Shown: positions 44,953-53,880 of the stretch, piece by piece
How the letters are laid out: each line of letters opens with the position of its first letter
Numbering within the stretch: the first letter of the stretch is position 1
From: SAR202 cluster bacterium
GTDB taxonomy: Bacteria; Chloroflexota; Dehalococcoidia; Lucifugimonadales; VGZY01
Assembly (NCBI GenBank): GCA_016872355.1
Contig: VGZY01000002.1
Span: forward strand, 4,484-68,483
Reading direction: 5' to 3'
DNA length: 64,000 nt
Notes under the pieces: model-generated
What the model was told of the DNA's origin: nothing
Databases searched by the model: none
The model's input: only the letters and a program-made list of their open reading frames with translations
Program-made: the position numbers and the translations under genes

Positions 44953-45726
44953 GTGTCTGTGGAATCACTTGCAGGCGCCGCCAACGCGTTCGGCGGCTTT
45001 GTTGTGAGCCCTGAAGCTCTGCCTACTGAGCCGGAGCTTTTCCGTCGCAAGCTCGCCTTTTCAATCGAAGCGTGGCGGCAAGAGGGCTACAAGCTGGTCT
45101 GGCTTGAACTGCCGATCAGTCGCGCCAGGCTGGTGCCTATTGCGGCGGACCTTGGCTTTTCGTACCACCACGCAGGCGAAGGGTACCTGATGATGACCTG
45201 CCGGCTGGTGGAAACGGCGTTCATACCGGCGTATGCGACGCACTACATCGGCGCGGGCGGCGTTGTTCTTAACGACCGGCGGGAGCTGCTCGTGGTGAGG
45301 GAGAAGCGCGGCGGCAAACAGGGAATCCCGAGCAACTTCAAGCTGCCGGGCGGCGCGCTTCACGCAGGCGAGCATCTGGTGGACGGGGTAATTCGAGAGG
45401 TGCTGGAGGAGACGGGCATAAAGACCAGGTTCCAGTCGCTCGTCAGCCTGCGGAACCAGCACGGCTACCGGTACGGCAAATCGGACATCTACTTCGTGTG
45501 CCGCCTTGAGCCTCTCTCCAACGAAATATGCAAGCAGGAAGACGAAATCGAAGAGTGCCGGTGGATGTCTGTGGACGACTACCTGGGGATTGATAGCGTG
45601 AGCATCTTCAACAAGAGCATCGTTCGCGCCGCTATCGAAAACCCTGGGCTCTCGCCCCGTGTGCTTGACGGCTACGGCCGCGACCCGACGAAGATCGAGA
45701 TATTCTTCCCCCGCAACCCGCAGTAG
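44953..45726 (+). CDS. Nudix hydrolase with an N-terminal accessory domain
   Basis: Nudix box GGALHAGEHLVDGVIREVLEETGI. The GTG start is uncertain. Confidence 0.8.
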   Translation: MSVESLAGAANAFGGFVVSPEALPTEPELFRRKLAFSIEAWRQEGYKLVWLELPISRARLVPIAADLGFSYHHAGEGYLMMTCRLVETAFIPAYATHYIGAGGVVLNDRRELLVVREKRGGKQGIPSNFKLPGGALHAGEHLVDGVIREVLEETGIKTRFQSLVSLRNQHGYRYGKSDIYFVCRLEPLSNEICKQEDEIEECRWMSVDDYLGIDSVSIFNKSIVRAAIENPGLSPRVLDGYGRDPTKIEIFFPRNPQ

Positions 45727-45773
45727 CATGGCAGGCGGCGGCCCGTGCAGTCAGTACGCCGCTGATCTCGCCG

Positions 45774-46544
45774 TCAGTCCGTGCAGGGGTTGGCCGATAT
45801 CCCCGCCCGCGTGCACTTGCGCTTGAGGCTGTTTCTGCCGTCGGCGATCGCCTGCCTCACGAGCGTCGCGGCCTCCGGCTGCACCCAGGCGGTCCAGGAG
45901 GCCTCGTTCTCCTTGAAGTAGATAAGCCCAGCAACCGCCACCGATATGCCTGTGCGCCCGCCGGTAACTATGGATGCAAGCCTCTCTATTGCGGACGGTT
46001 CGGGAGTCATGGCCGAAAACACGGCACAGGCGTCCTTCATTTGCCCGGCAACCAGCGACGACACGACTATGCGGCTGTTCTCCTTCGCCCCGAACGCCGA
46101 GCCCAGGTCCACGAACTTCTCCGCGGACACGTTGGACGCGTACCAGTCGGAAAAGCGTCCACGGTCGAAGTCCATAACGGCATCCACGGCGCCATTCGCA
46201 AGAGCATCGGGATACTGATCGGATGGCACCTGGACCATCTCTACGGAGTAAATATACCCGTAGACCGCCAGGTACCCGGCGACGAAGTTAACAATCTGGA
46301 GGGCGTTGTCGTCCCACTGCGCCAGGCGGATGGTGCCCCTGGCGGGTGTGTCATACGGAGAAAAGGTGTCCGGGCCCGTAGGCGAGCCGACCGGGATCCC
46401 TGCCGGCGTCGGCCTCGGCGTGGGCGTTCCCTCAATCATCGATCGCCTGTCGCTTACCACGAACGGATCGGCTTTCGGCGTGCAGGAGATAACCGACGCC
46501 AGAAGCAGCAACACGGTAATTGTCACAAGGCGTCGGTCGGTCAT
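45774..46544 (-). CDS. OpuAC/ProX-like substrate-binding lipoprotein (short form)
   Basis: Lipobox VISC, a Pro/Thr linker, then IRLAQWDDNALQIVNFVAGYLAVYGY...ALANGAVDAVMD (glycine-betaine-binding-protein-like). The C-terminus is RKC-x9-CTD. Confidence 0.55.
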   Translation of the reverse strand: MTDRRLVTITVLLLLASVISCTPKADPFVVSDRRSMIEGTPTPRPTPAGIPVGSPTGPDTFSPYDTPARGTIRLAQWDDNALQIVNFVAGYLAVYGYIYSVEMVQVPSDQYPDALANGAVDAVMDFDRGRFSDWYASNVSAEKFVDLGSAFGAKENSRIVVSSLVAGQMKDACAVFSAMTPEPSAIERLASIVTGGRTGISVAVAGLIYFKENEASWTAWVQPEAATLVRQAIADGRNSLKRKCTRAGISANPCTD

Positions 46545-46562
46545 GGTATTAGATTCTCCTGG

Positions 46563-47792
46563 TCACTCCCACTGGGGACCGCCGGCAGCCACCCTGGCGT
46601 GCATGGCCGCGAACTCCTTCGAGCCGTCGTCGAACCAGTATTCGAAGTCCGCGCCGCGGACCGTTCCTTCTTCCCATCCGGTTATCCGGGTGAGGTCCGG
46701 GTTGGACGGTGTGTACAGCTTCTTGCCGCCCGGCATGTATGTGATGCCAAGCCGGCGGGTGGTCGCCTGCGGGCGCGGCGCGGAAAGTCGCTTGATAGCC
46801 GCTTCGTCCACATTCACACCGAGCCCGGGACCTTCCGGCACGGGAGAAAAGCCTTCGATTATCGGGATCTTCTTCGTGGCCACGTCGTCATCGCACTGGT
46901 CCTCCAGGTTGATCGAGTGTCCGGTCGCGCTCGGCAGGACGGCCGCCATGTGGAGAGCAAGGGCCTTACCGAGCGTGCCGCCCGTCATCTGCATTATGGT
47001 CTGAATGTTCGCCCTCGAGTAGAGGTTGCCTCTCGACAGGGTGTCACCGATGCTGCATGTGGGGTACCCGTCCCCGATCATATAGATGTCTGCAACGCCT
47101 GTCAGGGCTTCCTGGTAGCCGCTCAGAGGATTCTTGTGCATGACGATAGGGATGCGCGACTTTTCCCTGAGCCTGCGCCAGTCATCCAGAGCGTGATTTG
47201 GGAACGGGTCTTCAATAAACCCGACGATAGGGTGCTGCTCCATGCGATTGACCAGGTCAAGGACGCCCCCCATAGTCCGGTTGCCGTTGAAATCGAAGTG
47301 GAGCTTGAAGCCCGGAGGCGCAACCTCCTCGGCCATGCGAATGTGCTCCATCACGTCCCAGAAGCCGCGCATGTGCATCTTGAAGACCATGTAGCCCAGC
47401 GCCACTGCCCGCTTTATCTCTTCGCGGTACAGCGCCGGCGTGCACGAGCCGGTCCATGCGGCGACGGTAACTCCGTCCCTCACCTTCTGTCCCATCAGCT
47501 TGTAGGCAGGCACCTCGAGGTACTTGCCCATCACGTCGTAGAGCGTCATGCCAAGACCGGGATTGAAGTTGTTGTTCAGAAAGTCGAAGGGGTTGCGGTC
47601 TACAATTCGGTCAAGCTTCGGCTCCTTCTGCCTCGCGCCTTCCCAATCGTAGTCCCCGTAGCCAACGATCCCGTTATCGGTGGTTACCCGATAAAACATC
47701 CGGGAGTAGTAGTCGTGAGTTCGGCCGTGCGATTTGTAACGCTCAGCGATCCTGGGGTATATCGGAAACGAATCAATATTGACAATTTTCAA
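46563..47792 (-). CDS. enolase superfamily (mandelate racemase/muconate lactonizing enzyme family) protein
   Basis: Capping domain plus barrel with KMH, the LHFDFNGN region and IEDP metal-ligand motifs. TTG start. Confidence 0.8.
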   Translation of the reverse strand: MKIVNIDSFPIYPRIAERYKSHGRTHDYYSRMFYRVTTDNGIVGYGDYDWEGARQKEPKLDRIVDRNPFDFLNNNFNPGLGMTLYDVMGKYLEVPAYKLMGQKVRDGVTVAAWTGSCTPALYREEIKRAVALGYMVFKMHMRGFWDVMEHIRMAEEVAPPGFKLHFDFNGNRTMGGVLDLVNRMEQHPIVGFIEDPFPNHALDDWRRLREKSRIPIVMHKNPLSGYQEALTGVADIYMIGDGYPTCSIGDTLSRGNLYSRANIQTIMQMTGGTLGKALALHMAAVLPSATGHSINLEDQCDDDVATKKIPIIEGFSPVPEGPGLGVNVDEAAIKRLSAPRPQATTRRLGITYMPGGKKLYTPSNPDLTRITGWEEGTVRGADFEYWFDDGSKEFAAMHARVAAGGPQWE

Positions 47793-47829
47793 AAGGCACC
47801 CCTGACAAGGCCCGAGTGAGGATGGAACT

Positions 47830-48603
47830 CTAGGTGTCGCTGCAGACCATACCTATGGCGCCGGGGACCTTTATGCACTTGCGATTGAGGCTGTTCTCGC
47901 CTCGGGCAATGGCGTCCCTAACGAAAGTGGCCGTTTGCTGGTCCACCCATGGAGTCCAGACGGCTTCCTGCTGCTTGAAGAATATCTGGGATGACACGGC
48001 CGGCGACACGCCGATGCGACCTGTGGTGATCCTGCCGGCGGCCTCTGCAACAACCGCGTCTGGGATCTTCACGCGAGACAGGAAGTCGGCGACCTCAGGG
48101 GCCTTTGCCTGGAGGGCTGGTGAGGCGAGGATACGGTAGTCCGACTGGTCATTGTAGACCGTGCCAAGGTCGAGCAGGGCACCGGACTCTACATTCTTCT
48201 CGTACCAGTCCGCGATTTCGGTCCTGTTGGCCACTAGAGCGGCGTCGACTTCCCCTGTCAACACAGCCTCTTCTTAGGCTTCGCCGGCGGGAGTAACAAG
48301 CTCCACTGTATAGAAATACCCATAGACTATGACATATGCGGTGATGAAGTTTACGATCTTGACGGTGTTGTCGTTCACCTCCGCGAAGTTAACAACGCCC
48401 TTCGCCGGAGTGTCGTCGACAGTCGGCTCTTCGCCATCAACAACTACCGGCGTAGCCCCCAGCGGCCTTGGCGTTGCAGTCCCGATGCGCTCGTCTTGCC
48501 TCTGGCCCACGGCAAATGGGTCAGCATCCGGCGTGCACGCAACGGCGGCCGAAATGCCGAGCGCGAATAATGACCCGATTAAGACCAGCGTCCTCAGCTT
48601 CAT
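47830..48603 (-). pseudogene. second OpuAC-like lipoprotein, interrupted by an in-frame TAA
   Basis: Track ORFs 48274..48603 and 47830..48264 are in one frame. TAA (48274-48276) aligns with Tyr of the paralogue 45774..46544 (SDQYPDALANGAVDA vs AGEA*EEAVLTGEVDA). Lipobox AVAC; C-terminus RKC-x10-CSDT. Confidence 0.7.
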
Positions 48604-48620
48604 TCTGTCCTTTTGCCTTC

Positions 48621-50264
48621 CTAGCCGGAGACCGGCTCTACCCTTTCCTGCTTGAGTGATTCGGGCCGGATAAACTCCTTGTATCGCGTAAGCACTTCAA
48701 CTCCGTTGATGTACCTGGCGAACCCAGCCGATTTGCTCATTTTGACCACTGTAACTTCCAGAACGTTTTCACCCTGCTTGAGGATGTCAATCGGCAGGGA
48801 ATACCGGAACCAGTGCGCCGCCATACGCAATGGCGCAAAAAGTGGGCTGGTCCGTGGCTTGATTTTCATCTGAAGCGCCCGCTCGTCCGTGACCTCTGCC
48901 TCAGACCGGGCCATCACCCGCCCGTTGAACCGTATCTCGATTTCGTCCTCAACGCAGAAGTCGGAGAATCGGACAGATAGCTGCGGAGACCTCATCTCGC
49001 CGTTCTTTCGGGCCGCATCAACGTCGTCGGAAACAACGATTGGAACGAGCGCTGTCTTGCCCTCCTCCAGTTGTACCGGCAACACGCGCCTGGGGGGTTC
49101 CGTGATCTCGTCCTCCGCCTGGCGCTTGATGGTGCCGAACTCGCCGCCGTAGTCCAGCATCTCTTCGAAGGTCATCCCAGGTTCGCGCGGCTGGGCGAGG
49201 TATCTCTTTTCACGAAGCACGAGCGCGCTGGGGTGCGCCATTTCCCGCAGGACCTGGTACTCCCGCTCGGCGAACGGCCACGGCAGGTAGCCAAGGTACA
49301 TGCCGGTTGCGCCCTGAACGCTGAGCGTCTGGGCCAGGGCACGGTACATATCCTCGGAAGGAAGCACCACGCGCTCATCGTAAATCCGCCGTGGAGGGCG
49401 GAAGTACGCCCCGGCCTGCGCCGGCCTGGCAGCATCAACGAGCCAACGGATATCGATCGTACCCGTGTCAACCAGCTGCTCGGCGGCCTGCCCCACAACC
49501 AAATCCACGCTCTTGTTCTTGAGCCACGCTTCTACGTCCAGCCCCAGCTTGAGGTTGGCATTTCGCTGGTCAAGCACCCTTGCCTCGATCGGTATCCGCC
49601 GCCCCTGTTTCGCCCCTATTCGGTCCGCGAGCTCGCGAACGCGGCCGACGAATTCATTCATGACCGGGATGTTCTTTTCCTCTGTGCCTGTGCGGAAAAA
49701 CTTCGGCACAAACATGAAATCGAGCTCGATGCCCTCAGGCTCGTAATCCTCGAGGAGCTCCCGGAGCACGTCCAGCTTGTGGTCCTGAACGCGGCGGTTG
49801 GCGTAGTCGTAGCACCACTCATAGCGCGGATGGTTAGGGTCCTTCTCACCCAGGCACACCTCTTGCCAGTGGTCCCACTTCAATATCCCACATCTGTCTG
49901 AGCCAAACTTGTCGCAGCTCTGGAGCTTCAGGCTCGGAAAGACCTTCAGCCCCGTTTCCTTCCCCCTGTTGATGACCTCCCGGACCTGGTCGGTGCCCAT
50001 GGCGGCAGTGTCTTTGACCATACGCATGATCCGCCAGTCGATAAAGGAGGTCCAGACGTCTTGCTTCTGGCCCACAACGCGACCGACCTTGCTCTGGTGG
50101 AAATAGACGTCGCCGTAGCCAAGTCCAAAAGCGAGCGCATCCACGCCGGTGCCAAGGAGCTCATCAACCGGCCAGCGCAACATATTCAGCGTCACTGGCG
50201 GGTCCAGGCGCTTGGCATGGAAGTGGTGCGCGTCCTGGTAGTAGATCAGCCGTGGGTGGGGCAT
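48621..50264 (-). CDS. hypothetical 547-aa protein (possibly a glycoside-hydrolase-like TIM barrel)
   Basis: ATG 50264 (MPHPRLIYYQD) is preceded by AGGAGAGG. The alternating beta/alpha character (DALAFGLGYGD, LKVFPSLKL, GIELDFMF, VDLVVG) is only a weak fold guess. Confidence 0.35.
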   Translation of the reverse strand: MPHPRLIYYQDAHHFHAKRLDPPVTLNMLRWPVDELLGTGVDALAFGLGYGDVYFHQSKVGRVVGQKQDVWTSFIDWRIMRMVKDTAAMGTDQVREVINRGKETGLKVFPSLKLQSCDKFGSDRCGILKWDHWQEVCLGEKDPNHPRYEWCYDYANRRVQDHKLDVLRELLEDYEPEGIELDFMFVPKFFRTGTEEKNIPVMNEFVGRVRELADRIGAKQGRRIPIEARVLDQRNANLKLGLDVEAWLKNKSVDLVVGQAAEQLVDTGTIDIRWLVDAARPAQAGAYFRPPRRIYDERVVLPSEDMYRALAQTLSVQGATGMYLGYLPWPFAEREYQVLREMAHPSALVLREKRYLAQPREPGMTFEEMLDYGGEFGTIKRQAEDEITEPPRRVLPVQLEEGKTALVPIVVSDDVDAARKNGEMRSPQLSVRFSDFCVEDEIEIRFNGRVMARSEAEVTDERALQMKIKPRTSPLFAPLRMAAHWFRYSLPIDILKQGENVLEVTVVKMSKSAGFARYINGVEVLTRYKEFIRPESLKQERVEPVSG

Positions 50265-50343
50265 TCCGCCTCTCCTGTGCGCCGACAATATGCTGAGAGC
50301 TATCGAAATGGTGCATTTCCTGAACCTTTCTGTCAACGTTCGA

Positions 50344-50377
50344 CAAAAAGAAACGGCCCCGATAGGACGGGGCCGTT
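50344..50377 (-). terminator. rho-independent terminator downstream of the SRPBCC gene
   Basis: Stem AACGGCCCC/GGGGCCGTT (50352-50377) is followed on the minus strand by TCTTTTTG. Confidence 0.65.
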
Positions 50378-50397
50378 CAAGTAAGGGTCGAAGGCGG

Positions 50398-50850
50398 CTA
50401 GGGCGACTTGATTGTTTCGGTGGAGACCGGCTGCTCCATGCGCGCCTTCAGTGTCTCGAGGGCCTTCTTTGAGGCGGGCGCCGCAAGCCCCTGCCTGGGC
50501 ATTAAAGTTGAAAGCAATGGGCCGCGTGACGTTACGGTCTCCTCGTATTGTTTGCCGCTTTCCTTGAGATGGAAGTCGAATATATGCTCATGAGATGACT
50601 TTCCCGCGATGGCCTTGTATGCAAACCGCAGCGGAAACTCGTAATCTGTTACCTCGATCTCCGCCGCGGGCTTGCCGTCCACGGCCTCTACCTTGAACCT
50701 GGAGCCGATGCCAAGGATCCCCGGCGTAACCTTTTCAATCTTGACCTGGTCTCCCCTCCACTCCGCCATTTTCGTGAACTCTTTGACGTGGTTGAAAACT
50801 TGTTCCCGGTCGGAGTTGATGAATACGCTCGTCCTGCTTGTCCTGGGCAT
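50398..50850 (-). CDS. SRPBCC (START/polyketide-cyclase-like) family protein
   Basis: SVFINSDREQVFNHVKEFTKMAEW... pattern. ATG 50850 is preceded by GGAGA. Confidence 0.6.
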   Translation of the reverse strand: MPRTSRTSVFINSDREQVFNHVKEFTKMAEWRGDQVKIEKVTPGILGIGSRFKVEAVDGKPAAEIEVTDYEFPLRFAYKAIAGKSSHEHIFDFHLKESGKQYEETVTSRGPLLSTLMPRQGLAAPASKKALETLKARMEQPVSTETIKSP

Positions 50851-50896
50851 AGTCGTCTCCTCTCTAAACCTGTTAGTACTTAACGTCCTTAACCGC

Positions 50897-50925
50897 ATAG
50901 TAGGAAATAGACCATCCAATGTCAA
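50897..50925 (-). promoter_or_regulatory. sigma70-like promoter candidate for the SRPBCC gene
   Basis: On the minus strand: TTGACA (50925-50920), 17-nt spacer, TACTAT (50902-50897). Confidence 0.5.
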
Positions 50926-51121
50926 CATGTCGACGAGAAGATTATCATTTTCAATTTCTACTATAGCTAAACCTGCCAAACCCTGTGTGTTCTCTCCACC
51001 TATCGTAAGTGTTCATGGTAGGGAACAATTCCGGAATGTGAACTAACAGCGCCCGTTATTGCGAATGGCCTGGAGCAGGGCGTATGCGCGCCGCATTACT
51101 TTGCATGACCGCATGAACGGG

Positions 51122-51157
51122 CAAAAATAATCGGCGCTCCCGGTGATGGGAGCGCCG
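51122..51157 (-). terminator. rho-independent terminator downstream of the 55-aa ORF
   Basis: 10-bp stem CGGCGCTCCC/GGGAGCGCCG (51132-51157) is followed on the minus strand by ATTATTTTTG. Confidence 0.6.
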
Positions 51158-51187
51158 AAGTTCGATTGTCTTTGCTGGAGCGGGCCT

Positions 51188-51355
51188 TTAGTTGATGAGC
51201 ATGCCAACTGCGATCAGAACGGAGGCAGTTGCCAGGAGCACGCCGCCCATCCATGCCGGCATGAACGCACCACGCTCATGGCGGCGGGAACGGAAGAGTT
51301 CTGTCCTGGTGTTGAGTGCGTTAGTGACCGGCCTGCGCCCGAGCGTGACTTGCAT
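51188..51355 (-). CDS. hypothetical 55-aa tail-anchored membrane peptide
   Basis: Hand translation gives MQVTLGRRPVTNALNTRTELFRSRRHERGAFMPAWMGGVLLATASVLIAVGMLIN. It is below the ORF-track size cut-off, has a weak RBS, and is followed by its own terminator. Confidence 0.35.
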   Translation of the reverse strand: MQVTLGRRPVTNALNTRTELFRSRRHERGAFMPAWMGGVLLATASVLIAVGMLIN

Positions 51356-51504
51356 CTTTGCAATACCCCTTCGAATGTCCCGGGTTTACAGCCCCACTGC
51401 ATTTCGCAGAGGGTGTATGCCCTACACCACTTAGTATGCACGAAGTCGAATGTGATGTCAAACAAAAGCCCGGGCAAATGGATGCATGGCGCCCATCGGT
51501 CAAC

Positions 51505-52551
51505 CTAGCCGATCTTCGTCACCCTGCTGACGGCATACTGATTCGCCGTACCTGTGGGAGCCATTCCCAGGCAGGTAAACGTCGGCACTGTGCCTGTCAT
51601 CGCCACGGCGGCCTCGAAAGCGCCCGGATTGGCGCCCTTGGCATCCGTGAAATCGACGCGCACGTGTGCCAGTCTCTTGTCGTCGCTGAGCCATGTCACC
51701 TTGCTCGCAACAGGCCGCCCGAACCAGCTCCACCCTTCACGTACCATGATCTCCCGCTCGGCGATCTGCTCCCAGGGCGACGGCATGGCAGCCCATCCGC
51801 GATAGTACCGCCCTGCCGCGGCGGCGGACCCTGTGTGAAGCACCAGCGAATCCAGGAAGCCCATTTCCACGCGCGACCAATACCGGCCGTCCGGCATGTC
51901 CAGCACATTAGGAGAAAGGCGATGGCCGCCCAGGTGGCTGACCTGCCACACTCGCAGGTCGCCGCCGGCCTTGCGGGTGTAATTCGTGCGCAGAGCGTCG
52001 AAGATCGGTATCCCATTGGTCGCGCAGCAAGTATCGTGGCTGCCGTGAGTGCAGACAAAGAGGTCCCTGGAGCCCGAGTTGCGCTCCTGGTACTTCACGA
52101 ACTTCGCCAGATCGTCAGGCCTGATAAGGAGCGCCTCGACCACATCACTCACGTTCTCGGTCGGAACGAGGTAATGGAGCTTGGAGTAGCCTGCCGCGAG
52201 CCCGTCCGCTCGGGTGAAAAGCATGACGTGCGAGTGGCCAAGGACAGAGTACTCCTTGTCTTTCCTCACCGCCTGCAGGCGCGTGGACGCGCCCATCTGC
52301 GACGCTCTGGCCACGGTGGCCGAGACGGCGTGCGGGAAAGCCTTGCTATCTATAATCTCCTTCACCCAGGGCTCGGCGACCTCGATCACGAGAAGCCGCT
52401 TCCACCAGTTGGCCGACCCGCCGGGGTCCTCGTTGTTCGTCCTGGAAAATACTGAGCAGAGCCGGTCTCTTACTCTCAGGTTCTCTGTAGTAGTCAAGTG
52501 GTTATCTCCGGAAAGGGACGTTGCGCCACCGGAAAGTGTAGCAAAACCCAT
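51505..52551 (-). CDS. sucrase/ferredoxin-like (Suc_Fer-like) family protein
   Basis: LFVCTHGSHDTCCATNG and VSHLGGHRLSPN motifs. ATG 52551 is preceded by GGGAGGG. The track start 52644 would leave no divergent intergenic space. Confidence 0.65.
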   Translation of the reverse strand: MGFATLSGGATSLSGDNHLTTTENLRVRDRLCSVFSRTNNEDPGGSANWWKRLLVIEVAEPWVKEIIDSKAFPHAVSATVARASQMGASTRLQAVRKDKEYSVLGHSHVMLFTRADGLAAGYSKLHYLVPTENVSDVVEALLIRPDDLAKFVKYQERNSGSRDLFVCTHGSHDTCCATNGIPIFDALRTNYTRKAGGDLRVWQVSHLGGHRLSPNVLDMPDGRYWSRVEMGFLDSLVLHTGSAAAAGRYYRGWAAMPSPWEQIAEREIMVREGWSWFGRPVASKVTWLSDDKRLAHVRVDFTDAKGANPGAFEAAVAMTGTVPTFTCLGMAPTGTANQYAVSRVTKIG

Positions 52552-52646
52552 ACCCTCCCGCCAGAACAGCACCGCGGCCCGCCTATCCTTGCGCCGCCGC
52601 ATGCCCCGAAATAGAATACCCCCACGGCATTTCAGGAGAACCAAAC

Positions 52647-53747
52647 TTGCTAAAGCCCTTCATGGTAGACCCCTCACAGGCGATCAGGGTCAAGGAGCAG
52701 CTGCTCCGCGAGACCGTTTCCGCCATCTTCCGAAAGATGAATGTGACGGCGGACGACGCCGACATCGCAACCGACGTGCTCGTGGCGGCAGACCTCCGCG
52801 GCGTGGAGAGTCACGGAGTATCGAACATGCTCCGCCTGTACGTCCGCGGCTATCGGCTGGGGGAGCTTAACGCGCGTCCCAACTGGCGCGTCCTGAGAGA
52901 AACGCCGTCCACGGCGAACATCGAGTCGGACGCGGGCCTCGGCATTATCCTTGTGCCGAAGGCGATGGAAATGGCCATAGAAAAGGCGAAAAAGGTCGGC
53001 ATGGGGGTGGTGACGCTCCGCAACGGGCGGCACCTGGGTATGGCCTCGTACCACGCGATGATGGCGCTGAAACACGACATGATAGGTATGTGCATGACAT
53101 CGTGCCCGGTGTACGTTGTGCCGACTTTCGGCGCGGAGGCGCGCCTTGGCACCAACCCCATCGCCATTGCCGCGCCTGCGAACAAAGAGGTGCCGTTTGT
53201 CTTTGACGCGGCGATGAGCACAATCCCCGGCAACAAGCTCAGCCTGGCCAACCGCCTCAAATCGCAGCTCATGCCCGGCTGGGTGGCCGCACCTGACGGC
53301 ACCCCGATCATGGAGTACTCACCTGCTCCCCCGCTCGGGGCGGACGGCATACCGCAGGCCTACCTCCTCCCCCTCGGCAGCACTCGCGAGCTGGGATCGC
53401 ACAAGGGGTACGGCCTCATAGCGATGGTGGACATTCTCGGTGGCGTACTGTCCGGCGGCGGGTACGGTCTTGTGCCCGGCCGGCCGAACTTCGGCCACTA
53501 TGTAGCCGCCTACAGTATCGAAGCGTTCATGGATACGCTGGAGTTCAAGGACAAGATGGACGAGTTCCTCACGATGCTGAGGACGACGAAGACCGCTCCC
53601 GGCCACGACCGTGTGATTTACGCCGGCATCCTGGAGGCGGAGGCGATGGCCGACCGCAAGGCCAACGGCATACCCTACCACCCCGAAGTGATTGAGTGGT
53701 TCAAGGGCATCTGCAGGGAGCTGGGGATTGCGTACAACCTGACCTAA
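52647..53747 (+). CDS. Ldh_2 family (malate/L-lactate/sulfolactate/ureidoglycolate-type) dehydrogenase
   Basis: ADLRGVESHGV, GRHLGMASYH and GSHKGYGL motifs. The TTG start is preceded by AGGAGA at 8-nt spacing. Confidence 0.8.
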   Translation: MLKPFMVDPSQAIRVKEQLLRETVSAIFRKMNVTADDADIATDVLVAADLRGVESHGVSNMLRLYVRGYRLGELNARPNWRVLRETPSTANIESDAGLGIILVPKAMEMAIEKAKKVGMGVVTLRNGRHLGMASYHAMMALKHDMIGMCMTSCPVYVVPTFGAEARLGTNPIAIAAPANKEVPFVFDAAMSTIPGNKLSLANRLKSQLMPGWVAAPDGTPIMEYSPAPPLGADGIPQAYLLPLGSTRELGSHKGYGLIAMVDILGGVLSGGGYGLVPGRPNFGHYVAAYSIEAFMDTLEFKDKMDEFLTMLRTTKTAPGHDRVIYAGILEAEAMADRKANGIPYHPEVIEWFKGICRELGIAYNLT

Positions 53748-53768
53748 CGCGTATCGCTCTTACCTCAA

Positions 53769-53880
53769 GGCCCAAAGGGCCGTAATGGCTCAGCCCAGGG
53801 AGGAGCCTCGTAGGCTCCGCGAAGGGGCGACCCTTTCGCTCCTAACCCAGGGCTACTGAGTCATCCCGGCCCGTTGGGCC
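53769..53880. repeat. cluster of short GC hairpins (REP-like)
   Basis: GGCCC-aaa-GGGCC (53769-53781), GGAGCC-tcgta-GGCTCC (53802-53818), GCGAAGGG..CCCTTTCGC (53819-53839) and GGCCC-gtt-GGGCC (53868-53880). Confidence 0.45.
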
